DNA from: Escherichia phage CMS-2020a
Sequence record: CP054387.1
DNA: 64,000 nucleotides
Reading direction: 5' to 3' (one strand)
Shown here one piece after another: positions 8,277-18,500 of the stretch. Each line of letters starts with the position of its first letter. Within the stretch, counting starts at the first letter, position 1. The position numbers and the translations under genes are program-made. A model generated the notes under the pieces. That model searched no databases, was not told the origin of the DNA, and saw only the letters and a program-made list of their open reading frames with translations.

Positions 8277-11200
8277 TCAAAGTCGACCAATTCTTACCCT
8301 GAGTACATTATTGTCGTCGTAAACGTCGATTCTCTGCCCATTGATAACTAATCTCCCATTTCCTCCACTGTTACCGTTAATCTCAAGCGTTCCGTTTTTG
8401 CCAAATCTCCATCCGGCTCGTCCTCTTACGAAGTTTGTTGATTGTAAGTCACCTACCTTTGCGTTTGTGATAGTGCCATCTTTGATATAAGCACCGTTCA
8501 TATACGCAACGCTGTTTTCGATAACAAATGGCGTTGTGATCTTCCCATTAACATTGTTGACCAAACCAAATCGATCTGCCCGCACCAAAAACTGAGAAAG
8601 CCCCGTTGTATCAATACCCAGCGCAATGCCCGCTACATACTTCTGCCCACCACTCGTTGAAGTTTCCATCTTCAATGTGTACGAGGTTGATACTTTTCTA
8701 TTAGCGTCAGCTATAGCAGAAGCCTGCTGCTGAATAACGGCAACATTTCCATCTACAGACGCTTTCAGTGTATCAATTCGTTTTCCTAGAGCGTTGTCTG
8801 CACTTGTTCTGGCCTTTGACTCTGACGTAATCGCTGCATTGATATAATTTGTTGTTTGCGACTGGAGATTAGTTACCCTTGTCGAAAGCGCTGCATCAGC
8901 ATCAGTTCTGGCTTTCGTCTCTTCTGCTACAGCAGCCTTTATATCTTTACCTGTTTGTGTCTTTAGTGAGTTAATCTGCGACGTCAATGCGGTATCAGCG
9001 GCAGCTCTTGCTTGAGTTTCAACCGCAACAGCTGCACTTATATCCTTAGCAGTTTTTGTTTTAAAACTTGCCAAGTCTTTTGCAATGGCAGAATCCTGAC
9101 TTGTACGAGATGTCGATTCTCGCTCTATCGAGGACTGAAGATTATTAGCCCTCGTAGTAAGAGAAGAAATTTGTCTGGATAATGCATCGTTAGCGTCAGT
9201 TCTTGCTTTGGTTTCAACTGCTACCGCCGCTGCAATGTCTTTACCTGTTTTTGTTTTTAAACTACTAACTTCTCTTGATAGTGCACTATCGCCTGATGCT
9301 CTGGCTTCTCTTTCCTCATTAATAGCAGCTGATATGTCATCATCTACTTTTGCCTGCAATTGATTAATTTGTGTGGATAACGCTGAATCGCCGCTAACTC
9401 GCGCTTGTTGCTCACTTTTAATAGCAGCAGATATATCGTTATTAACTTTTGTTTGAAGTTGAGTTATTTGCCTTGATAATGCTTCATCTTGCGTTGCTCT
9501 TGTTTGTTGCTCTTCTCTAATAGCGGTTGAAATATCAGTATTTACTTTAGACTCCAGTTGTGTGATCTGCTTTGAAAGAGTCTCATTGGCCGATGCTCTT
9601 GCAGATTGTTCGGTCCTTATTGCGGCACTGATATCACCTTCAAATTTACTCTGTAATTGTGTCACACGATTGGCTAACGCATTATCACCATCAGTTCTGG
9701 CTGTCGCTTCTTCGAGAATAGATGCTCGAATGTTGTCACCAATCTCGGCTCGTATCTCTTCAACCTTAGACGCCATTGCTGACACATCATCGACAAGAAT
9801 CTTTTGAGTCGTGGCAATTTTCGCGTTATTTACCAGCTGCCTGTGCTGATCTTCGTCCTGCCGCAACGCAAGATCGATATTTGTCTTAGAAATGGCTTCA
9901 AGATTAGTTGTGATTTCTGAACTTACTCTTCCTACCTCAGCAACCGTTCTCCGCATTTCTTCTACAGCCGCAACACTTTCATCAACCGATGATCTCATCG
10001 TTTCTATCTTTTTAGCATTCGCTAGATCTGCTTGTGCACGAACTTTACGCTCTTCGGCAATTAAAGATGATGCATTTTCAAGTGCCGCATTTGCTGCTTC
10101 TACGACACCAGCAACAGAATCACCTTGTTTTGATACTGTATTACGTAGTTCAATAAGTGCTGCATTTGAATTTTCAACTTGTCGTAATGCATCATCTACT
10201 TTTTCCCGAGTGCTAGAAACTTCCGTTCTAAGCTCGCTTTGCGCATTCTCCAGTGTCTCGCTGCGTTCAGTAAACGATGTTTTGAACTCATCGATACTAC
10301 TCGTTAGCTCCTTATTTAATGCGGAAATTTCACCTTCCAGAGATTCGACACTCTGATCGATATGATTATTGATTTCATCAACAGCTTGTTGAGAAGCCTT
10401 ACTGTCAATTTCCTCATTTAAAGCCTGGCCAAGTTCTGACGAGGTAATTTTATTGGCTAAAAATGAAAGAACATCTCGCGTTGTGGCCTCTGTACCAAGA
10501 TTTGAGTTTGGGCGACTCAACATGCCACGCTTATTTGCTGATCTAACCCAGTAATACCAAGTTTCACTATCCCCAAGACCAGCATGTGTAAAGGTGGTGC
10601 TTGCAGACTCTGCGATCAGTTTCGCCGTATCCAGATTGTTGGTCTGGGATGCGTAAACATTAATGTGATCAAGGTCTACCGAATCTGGATTGACCCAATT
10701 CAGTATCACATTACGATAGTCCCCAACTGCCGTTAATGACGTTGGTGCATCCGGCGGTGTCATTGTGCCCAGCACCTGATAAACGGTACTGATAATCTCT
10801 GTTTTTTTACCGTTGAATGAAACCGCATACAGTTGGAAGTCGTAGCGTCCATTCTCCGCGACATTAACGATTTCGTATTGCTCTTCGGTTACACGTGCCG
10901 ATTGCCAGTTCGATACATTGTTTTCATCAGAACGTCGCCAACTGATCCAATACTCTGGAGATTTCCCTTCCCATGTTGCAGTCAGTTTTACTGACAGGTT
11001 GCCAGGGCTTGAGAGATAAGTCCCTTCAGTGATTTGCAAATTAGATGGCTTGGAGTAAGTCGGGTCCAATACCGTCGTATTCTGCGGGATAAGCGTTGCA
11101 CCATTGTCGATTGCCTCATATTTAGACGGATTGTTCTCAACAGCGGTGATGTCAAAGCTACCCGACGTTTCCCCCTGAGCGATGTTAACGATGCGAACGC

Positions 11201-12989
11201 GCATAGGTTCGAGATCTGGTTCTGTGATTGTCCATACACCGTTCAAAACAGGCGTTTCCGCTGACGACAGAGCTTTTGAAAACGTAACCTTTGTTATGTT
11301 TTCGCCAGTTTCAAGAACATCGCGTTCAACGATTTTGCCTTCCTGATTCAATATCCGAATAAAGCTGCCGCTTTTAGCTAACGACACAGGCGCATCGAGA
11401 GTGATGCTGTTTTTGGTAAACTCCACAATTCGACCGGAGTTACGTTTACCTGCACGATATTTGTTCTGAATCAGAACGGTTTCACCGGGCATCAGAAATG
11501 AGGCGTCTAAACCGGCAGTAAATGTAATTACATCCGACTCCATTCTGGCGGTATACAAAAGCCACAAACCAACTCGGTGAGCTTGGCCTCGACTTGTACA
11601 TCCAAATGCTACGACTTCTGTTTTACGCTCACCATAACGGCGCATTGCGTCCTGATCTTCAACGTACTCAATGTTTTGCTTATAACCGTCCTCCTTGTTG
11701 TTGTAGGTCACGAGCGCAACGGATGGGCGATCTTTACGCGCAGAACCTTTATAGGTAAACAATCCATCTTTGACGTTCGAGTTGGTAAACATCATTACTG
11801 GATCTGATGGGCTATCCTGCATGATGTTAACCATGCCACCAGCCCAAAACACCATGCCGCGGAATGCACCGGCAATATCCTGAATTAGTCGGTATGCATC
11901 CTGTCTACTGGTGATCTGCGTATTGATTGCAAAGCGTTTCTCTTTACCACCAAAGCCATCATCAACCTCTTCGTCACAATATCGACCGATCTGGTACAGT
12001 TGGCCGAGATCAATCATAGATTCCGACACATACTGACCAAGCCCATATCGAGAATTGGTAAGCAAGTCGAAGAGAATCCACGCAGGGTTTGAAGATGACA
12101 ACAGCTTAAAAGAGCCATCCCATACGCCATCATAAGTGTTACTAGCCTCGTTGTAGTTTGATGGTACGCGAATTTTTAATCCCCGCACCAGATAGGAACG
12201 AGAAGGCATAGAGCCGCCAAACTGCTCAGAATTAACCTTCAGTCCCACCAACACAGAGTTTGGGTAGTTCATCGGTGTATCAACGATCTCACCGATTGAG
12301 TCCACCCATGTATCGTTATAAAGATACTGACCGCTGTTATCATCAGTAATACGAACTACTCGAACACTGTATGCCCGACCTGGCTTGGGTAACTTCAGCT
12401 CATAACTACGATAATAAGCACCGGTTTTCTTCGCTGTTAACTTAATACCAACGTTTTTTTCACCTTCTGCGACCACATCTACAAATGTTGAATCTCCATT
12501 TGAGATCTGGAACTTATACTCAACGGTAGTGCCGTTTGTATCACCCGTTTTTTGGTCTATTCTTCGCAGAGAAGGGAACTTCATGATGACTCGAACACGA
12601 TCGGCCTCATCGTTATCTATTGAAACCGTCACATAATGCGATTTCTTTAGTTGGATATTGATCGATTTAGGTGTTTCGACGAAATCAAAGCCAGACATTG
12701 GTGTCTGGTCTTGCGAGCCGTCTCGAAAATCCCATGAAATTCCGCTAAAGTTTGAAGAGCCGTCTTCATTTACTATGGGCAAATCGTCGACAAAAATAGA
12801 TCTTGCGCCATTTACCAAGCCGCCAATTACGCCTTCTCCAAGAAGATCGAGAATAGAGGCCATAGCACGAGAATTTACGGTATCGTCTGCTTCAACTGGT
12901 GTGCGACTAGAGCTTTTGCTACTTTTTTTGCCACCAGAACCTGCAATTAATAGAGGTAACTTTTTCTTCTTGAACTGTTCCATGCCCAA
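8277..12989 (-). CDS. central tail fibre / host specificity protein J-like, with long coiled-coil repeat insertion
   Basis: 1570 aa; N-terminal half alignable by eye to lambda J (e.g. NYPNSVLVGLKVNSEQFGG...VPSNYN...YDGVWDGSFK vs lambda CYPNTALVGVQVDSEQFGS...VPSNYN...YSGIWDGTFK); at least 8 tandem ~33-aa heptad-like repeats (DISAAIRTEQSARASANETLSKQITQLESKVNT...) about 8.8-9.85 kb. Confidence 0.9.
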   Translation of the reverse strand: MGMEQFKKKKLPLLIAGSGGKKSSKSSSRTPVEADDTVNSRAMASILDLLGEGVIGGLVNGARSIFVDDLPIVNEDGSSNFSGISWDFRDGSQDQTPMSGFDFVETPKSINIQLKKSHYVTVSIDNDEADRVRVIMKFPSLRRIDQKTGDTNGTTVEYKFQISNGDSTFVDVVAEGEKNVGIKLTAKKTGAYYRSYELKLPKPGRAYSVRVVRITDDNSGQYLYNDTWVDSIGEIVDTPMNYPNSVLVGLKVNSEQFGGSMPSRSYLVRGLKIRVPSNYNEASNTYDGVWDGSFKLLSSSNPAWILFDLLTNSRYGLGQYVSESMIDLGQLYQIGRYCDEEVDDGFGGKEKRFAINTQITSRQDAYRLIQDIAGAFRGMVFWAGGMVNIMQDSPSDPVMMFTNSNVKDGLFTYKGSARKDRPSVALVTYNNKEDGYKQNIEYVEDQDAMRRYGERKTEVVAFGCTSRGQAHRVGLWLLYTARMESDVITFTAGLDASFLMPGETVLIQNKYRAGKRNSGRIVEFTKNSITLDAPVSLAKSGSFIRILNQEGKIVERDVLETGENITKVTFSKALSSAETPVLNGVWTITEPDLEPMRVRIVNIAQGETSGSFDITAVENNPSKYEAIDNGATLIPQNTTVLDPTYSKPSNLQITEGTYLSSPGNLSVKLTATWEGKSPEYWISWRRSDENNVSNWQSARVTEEQYEIVNVAENGRYDFQLYAVSFNGKKTEIISTVYQVLGTMTPPDAPTSLTAVGDYRNVILNWVNPDSVDLDHINVYASQTNNLDTAKLIAESASTTFTHAGLGDSETWYYWVRSANKRGMLSRPNSNLGTEATTRDVLSFLANKITSSELGQALNEEIDSKASQQAVDEINNHIDQSVESLEGEISALNKELTSSIDEFKTSFTERSETLENAQSELRTEVSSTREKVDDALRQVENSNAALIELRNTVSKQGDSVAGVVEAANAALENASSLIAEERKVRAQADLANAKKIETMRSSVDESVAAVEEMRRTVAEVGRVSSEITTNLEAISKTNIDLALRQDEDQHRQLVNNAKIATTQKILVDDVSAMASKVEEIRAEIGDNIRASILEEATARTDGDNALANRVTQLQSKFEGDISAAIRTEQSARASANETLSKQITQLESKVNTDISTAIREEQQTRATQDEALSRQITQLQTKVNNDISAAIKSEQQARVSGDSALSTQINQLQAKVDDDISAAINEEREARASGDSALSREVSSLKTKTGKDIAAAVAVETKARTDANDALSRQISSLTTRANNLQSSIERESTSRTSQDSAIAKDLASFKTKTAKDISAAVAVETQARAAADTALTSQINSLKTQTGKDIKAAVAEETKARTDADAALSTRVTNLQSQTTNYINAAITSESKARTSADNALGKRIDTLKASVDGNVAVIQQQASAIADANRKVSTSYTLKMETSTSGGQKYVAGIALGIDTTGLSQFLVRADRFGLVNNVNGKITTPFVIENSVAYMNGAYIKDGTITNAKVGDLQSTNFVRGRAGWRFGKNGTLEINGNSGGNGRLVINGQRIDVYDDNNVLRVRIGRL

Positions 12990-12999
12990 AAATCCTTGA

Positions 13000-13590
13000 T
13001 TACATAAGCTGGTCGATGGTGATAGAAGAACTCACGACCTGTGAGCCAACCAAAATTTCCTCACCATAGATAAGCTGTACAGGGTTGCCCTGGTTTGTTG
13101 TATTTTGAGGCCCATCAAAGTAAAAAGAGTTCGAATTATCAGCCTGTCTCACACTTTCGTTAGTGGCTTGTGGAGATATGATTTGCGCTATACCGCCCAT
13201 CATCAGTGACAAACCGAGAGGCGCAAGAGCGGGCACCCATATCGAGGCAACCATTAACACTGCTCCAACAACCGTCTGAAACCACCCAAAAGCAGATCCA
13301 CCGCTTCCTCGCGGAACAGGGGTAATGCGGATTTTGGCAATGTTGTCAGACTGCCCCATCATCTGATATTCACTCTCGTCCACAGACCACTTGTGGCCCT
13401 GTTTATTGGTGATCTGGATGTGGTATCTGTCATAGGTTTTGATATTGCGCTTCATCCATGCTTTAAAACCAGGCTTATTGGCCTCAATTAAATCCAGAGC
13501 CTGTTTTGTATTGCGCACCTTTAGATGCCAGTGGCGGCCAAAATGTTTGGCCATAGGGCCGCCAAGCTGCACATGAACTAACTCAGACAC
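13000..13590 (-). CDS. tail assembly protein I-like
   Basis: 196 aa; C-terminal YGEEILVGSQVVSSSITIDQ resembles lambda I YGEMRVGSRVVSQEIS; position between K-like and J-like genes. Confidence 0.8.
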   Translation of the reverse strand: MSELVHVQLGGPMAKHFGRHWHLKVRNTKQALDLIEANKPGFKAWMKRNIKTYDRYHIQITNKQGHKWSVDESEYQMMGQSDNIAKIRITPVPRGSGGSAFGWFQTVVGAVLMVASIWVPALAPLGLSLMMGGIAQIISPQATNESVRQADNSNSFYFDGPQNTTNQGNPVQLIYGEEILVGSQVVSSSITIDQLM

Positions 13591-14402
13591 GCCTCATCTC
13601 CCTTGAGCAAGTCTCTGTGACGCAAGTGATGCGTCGTATGTTTCTGATACATCCCGCCGTAATAAGCACGACAACTAAGGCGGTCGATCTGGTGATGAAG
13701 AATCATTCCATCGCCGATATAAACCGCGCAGTGGTCAGGCATTTTTCCGTATTGGATAAAGAAGACGTCCCCACGTTGAGGTTCTGTTCCGGGCGCAAGC
13801 CGTACCAATCCTTCGTTTCGGTAGTTCTGGTCGAGAATGTCGTTATCGCCGGTGTACCACGATGGAATATGCAGGTGTGCGTTCGGGTTTAGTTCGACGT
13901 TAAACTCACGCTTCAAATAGTCCCGACACAACATCCAGCAATCGAATACGCCAAATACATACGGTCTACCCAGGTATGGCATTTCGAAACCATCAGGTGT
14001 GATCACATTCATCTCGCTAAAATGGAAAGGGGCATCTCCCTCAACATTCTTGCGAATAGCCAGAATCATCCACGGAACTTCCGTCGCTTCGCAGCCTGCA
14101 CGATCGGCATCAGATGCTTCTGCTGATTCATCAGTATGTGAATGCCAGATTGCGATAACATCACCCGCATCCTCAGCCGCCATAATGTCGTCAACGTGCA
14201 TTACAAAAGTGTTCTGCGGGTTCTCCGAAACATTCCGCGCTTCCATAAAGCGATATTTGTCGCCATTAGTTCTAACCAGAAAGCCACACGCTTCATTAGG
14301 GTAGCGATTTATGGCGCAGAGATAGATTTGCTGCATAACGTCAGAGCCAAGCTCAGGGATTGCTTTATTACCCATACCGCGTAGCTCCAATAAATCCGCC
14401 AA
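13578..14402 (-). CDS. tail assembly protein K-like (JAB/MPN + NlpC/P60)
   Basis: 274 aa; JAMM motif HSHTDESAEASDAD (HxHx7Sx2D); downstream Cys and His consistent with NlpC/P60 (FDCWMLC ... DHCAVYIG). Confidence 0.8.
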   Translation of the reverse strand: MADLLELRGMGNKAIPELGSDVMQQIYLCAINRYPNEACGFLVRTNGDKYRFMEARNVSENPQNTFVMHVDDIMAAEDAGDVIAIWHSHTDESAEASDADRAGCEATEVPWMILAIRKNVEGDAPFHFSEMNVITPDGFEMPYLGRPYVFGVFDCWMLCRDYLKREFNVELNPNAHLHIPSWYTGDNDILDQNYRNEGLVRLAPGTEPQRGDVFFIQYGKMPDHCAVYIGDGMILHHQIDRLSCRAYYGGMYQKHTTHHLRHRDLLKGDEACLS

Positions 14403-15066
14403 AATGGATCACACCGTCGGCAAAATAATTCCGACGCGCATTACAGGCGTCATAACGTTTTGTGCAGTAGTCCGCACCAGACATAGACGTCTGCTGGTTA
14501 TTTTTGTCGAAATATGGACCGGTATAGCCGCATTCTGGCCCTCGATATTTCCACGGGCAGGTGTTTTTAATGATCTGACGATACGGCAGTTGCACCCCCA
14601 TCAAATCGAACACACTGGACAATTCAAACTCGACAACCTGATGAGTTTCGAGAGTTTTCTGTTCGATAAACCACATTTCATCGGGGAAATGTTGGTTTGG
14701 ATCTGCTGTTGGGTTGCCGTCTTTAAAATTAACGGCATCGAGGAAGCGAGCCAGCGTCATCTTGCGAATAATGCGGCAGCCAACAAGATCGTCGTTTGCC
14801 TGAACTTCCGCAGAGACGGTTCCGGCAAAGTTCGATACCTGAATTTTTGGACGTGGCAACGTTCCCTGGCCCGTTTTGTCAAAACCTGATGCTTTGATTG
14901 GCCACGGCTCGTATGTCACTCCTTGCCAGACGACCGGTTGCATCAGTTCGTTTGTTCCGGCGTGGAAGAATAGCTTCCCCCCTGAAGTTGTATTCGACAT
15001 ATCCAGTACGAACAACTCAATGAGTGCAGAGGGAGATAAGCTCTGAATATCAGCTTTAATTCCCAT
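14368..15066 (-). CDS. minor tail protein L-like
   Basis: Start moved to ATG at 15066 (AAGGA 8 nt upstream); MGIKADIQSLSPSALIELFVLDM...VVWQGVTYEPWPIKASGF and C-terminal Cys cluster CPWKYRGPECGY...C...C parallel lambda L. Confidence 0.85.
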   Translation of the reverse strand: MGIKADIQSLSPSALIELFVLDMSNTTSGGKLFFHAGTNELMQPVVWQGVTYEPWPIKASGFDKTGQGTLPRPKIQVSNFAGTVSAEVQANDDLVGCRIIRKMTLARFLDAVNFKDGNPTADPNQHFPDEMWFIEQKTLETHQVVEFELSSVFDLMGVQLPYRQIIKNTCPWKYRGPECGYTGPYFDKNNQQTSMSGADYCTKRYDACNARRNYFADGVIHFGGFIGATRYG

Positions 15067-15148
15067 TGTTTCATCCTTGAAATAAGTAGGCGCTGACATC
15101 CTGTCAGCGCCACAATAATAGTAAATTAGCACTTACTTATCCAGATGC

Positions 15149-15484
15149 TTAAACCTCAAATACTTGTCTGAATGTAGCAGTTAAGACACAGTACCCCTGA
15201 TATCGCTTGACCGTATGACTGTCACATACAACTACAATCTGCTTGCCTCTTGGATTAACCCAATAGAACGATTCAACGCCTGATCGCTCAGTCAGGAAGT
15301 CATCGATTGCATTAATTTCGTTGTATGATCTGGTAAAGGTTAACGACCATTCTTCTTTAATACGATTAAGACCTTGAGCCTGTCGCTGCTCGTAGTCATC
15401 ACCAAAATTAAGTACCGTTACATTCGGTTTTACGCTTTTTTCAGATTCGTAATCTGGATACCAATTAAACGTTTGTCTTTCCAT
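15149..15484 (-). CDS. minor tail protein M-like
   Basis: 111 aa, size and position between tape measure and L, lambda M-like. Confidence 0.75.
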   Translation of the reverse strand: MERQTFNWYPDYESEKSVKPNVTVLNFGDDYEQRQAQGLNRIKEEWSLTFTRSYNEINAIDDFLTERSGVESFYWVNPRGKQIVVVCDSHTVKRYQGYCVLTATFRQVFEV

Positions 15485-15526
15485 CTCACATCCTTGTGAG
15501 ACTACCCCGGTCGGGGCAGTCGATAG

Positions 15527-18500
15527 TTAGTTACGTTGAGTGTTTGGGTTGAGTGATCCGCCAGGGCGTTTCTCTTGAGCGATAGTCTCAAGCGCGATTG
15601 CTTTCATCCGTTGAGCGGCATTGTTCCATATGCTTTCTGTATCGCCGGATTCAGTTGTGCTACCGTCACTATGGACGTTGATCTCAATTGATACCGGAGA
15701 AAGAACATTTCCTCCTCCACTCATACCATCGGTACTGAGCGTTACAGGGATTGTTCGACCATCAGGCAATGGAACATACGCCTCATTCATATCGCCTTCC
15801 CCAAACAACGCCAATTGAGGTGAGTTGGCGATACCGCCTTTTTGGTATGCCCGGAGCGGGATCACGCCGTCTTTTCCGAATATTCCTCCATTTGCAAACT
15901 TCGGGATTGCAGGAATGCCTTTAGTTCCGTCAGCCACACTGCTGGTTGCGGTTTTAGCAGAGCTTGATGTCACGCTGTCGAAACCACCGCCAGCCCAAGC
16001 TGAAACAAGACCAGATGCAACCGTTGCTCCAAAACTCAACCACTTATTACCAGAGCCGGAAGCATTAGCTCCAAGCATTGCAAACGCGGCAGACAGCGCG
16101 CCGGTAACAGAGCTGAGGTTCTGCATCGAGAAGATGGAGTCCTTCACGGCTTTTGTCTCGGCATCTTTGGCTTCAGTGCTATCAAATAGCCCTGATACCC
16201 AGCTACCAATCGCATTTGTTGCAGTGCCAATTGCGCTGGTGGTCTGCTGTGTTGTTTGCCCCAATCCAGTTACCGAACTGGACGTCTCCTTCGTGGCTTC
16301 TCCTACAGACTTGTCGCCGTTAACAGTGTTGCCCATTCGTACCCCTTGATTGGCAACGGCGGAAGCAACCCCGGTCAGCAAATTACCACTCTGTGAACTA
16401 CCAGCTGCGGTGGTTCCCATCCCCAACATGTTCATTAGAGGCAGCGTGATCTGCGACTTCACGACCATATTGGTGATATCTTTCAAAATAGACTGAGATA
16501 GGCTGGAGAAACTCATCTTCCCGTTAATAACGAAATCAGTCAGGACATCAGTTAAGCCACTAAACAAATCAGTCCAGGTGCTTTCGATCTGCTCTGCCAG
16601 GTTTTCGTATTCCAGTGCCAACTTCTGCGTCGCAGTCCCCGTCTCTTTAATAAGCGCGGTATTGCCAGCAGCAATCAGTTGATTGATTTTCTTTGTATAA
16701 AGCGCCACAACTTTAGGATCAGACGCCTTATCACGAAGTTCTATCAACGCTTTGAGATTGCGGTTGTAGGTGTCTTCGAAATCAGCAACTTTCTCTTCAC
16801 GAGACGGCGTATAGCCAGCACTAATAATGGAATCCGACTCCGGTGCCCAGGTGGAGATCATCTGCTCAACATTGCGGCGATTAAACATCTCGCGATATTC
16901 AGGTGTCGCATTTTTGAGGTCTTCAAGACGTTTTTTCGCCTTGTCGATCATCTCTTGAGTGATGAACTCGTTAGGAACCGCATTAGCCAAATCTGTCAGC
17001 GATTTCGTTGTATCGCGAAGAGACTGATCAAACGATACCGTAGCCTTAGAGCTTTCACCCATTTGCCCCATAAGCTGATCGGCTTTGTCCAGAGCCTTCT
17101 GGTATCCGGCTGCCAGTTTCTGTTGCGCTGCCTGTTCTTTCTTGGCCGCACGCTGCGAGGCATTAGCTGATCGTTGGGCTGCTTTTTCGGCGGCTGCTGC
17201 ATCCTGTTCACGAGCTTTAGTCAGTGCAGCAATGGCTGCGGCACGCTCTTCATCGCTCATTTTCTCCAGAGAGCTGGCACTGGATGCTTTCTGCAAATTA
17301 AGCTGCGTCTTGAGTTGTTTAGGCCCAATAATCGGCTTACCTTCGAAGTCCATCATCGGAGTGCCGTCAGGCAAAGTACGCTGATAAGTCGCAGAATCCA
17401 TCTGGTTTCGCATATATTGCGCCAACGCCTTCTGGGCAGCTTTATCAGTTGTACCTAACCCAAGAACAGTCCCCTGGTTTGACATTACGCCCTTACCAGT
17501 TTTGGCAGCGTTATCTCTCTCGAACTCTGCCTGAGTCAGTTCCTGAGCGACGACTTCCAAATTCTCCTGATAACCACGAATACTTCCTTGCAGTTTCTTG
17601 ATCTGCTCGGTGTTTCCTTCCTTTTTCGCTTTTTCAAGCTGATCATTAAGAGTGGCTATTTGCCCCTCGACAGCATTCTTACGAGAAGAAAGTGAATCAA
17701 CCAGTTTTTGCGCAGGCTCCAGATAGCTTTTGTTTACCGTTTCACGTAACGGTGCCAATAGCTTGTTCTTTTCGTCATCTGAAAGTGAACCGTCATCATT
17801 GATTTTCTGGATCTTATCCAGAGCCTCCTGCCGGGCTTTCACGAATGTTGCCGCAAAGTCTCTATTCTCTTCCCGTATTTTCTCTATCTGTGATTCTGCC
17901 GCATCTTTTGCAAGACGTTTGGCTACAGCAATGTCTCCGCGTTCAATTGCCCCAGTAGTTTTATCGCGTTTCTTACGAAGGTCATTTAGCTCATTTTCTA
18001 TACGCTTACGTTCATCCTGATTAATCTTTACTGTAGTTCCGGCCATACCCGGCCCATAAACCACCTTTTCGCCAGATTTTAACTCTTGTTCCTTTTGCGT
18101 GATTTGTTGCTCAAGACGCGCTTTATACTCCGCCATCTGTGCACGTTTGGCCGCCGTCATCGCCTCTGGTATTTTCCTAATCTCGTCAACGACCTTTGAA
18201 GTTTCGCTGCGGAGCATGGTCATGTACGTGATTAGGCCAGCAACAGCTACAGTGGCAACTGTAAATGCTGCCCCTATAGGATTTGCTGCAATGAACGCCG
18301 TTAATCCAGCAAAAGCGCCTTTAAGCCCCGTAATCGCCCCACGGATGGCGAAAATAAGAGAGGGGATCGGAGCCAGCCCCATACGTGCCGCACGATTGAA
18401 TCGAGTTACTGCTGTAGCGCCGAGGTTAAATGGAGTCTGTATGGCGGTCGCCATCGTGGCAAAGGTGCTAACCATCTGGCTGCCTGCGCCAACTACCCCC

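Noticed and set aside
5180-9850. Tandem DNA repeats in the tail fibre and J genes as a possible CRISPR array
   Set aside because: Repeats are in-frame coding repeats (~115 bp and ~99 bp) inside long ORFs, without unique spacers.
9892-10356. 154-aa plus-strand ORF inside the J-like gene
   Set aside because: Antisense shadow of the coiled-coil repeat region.
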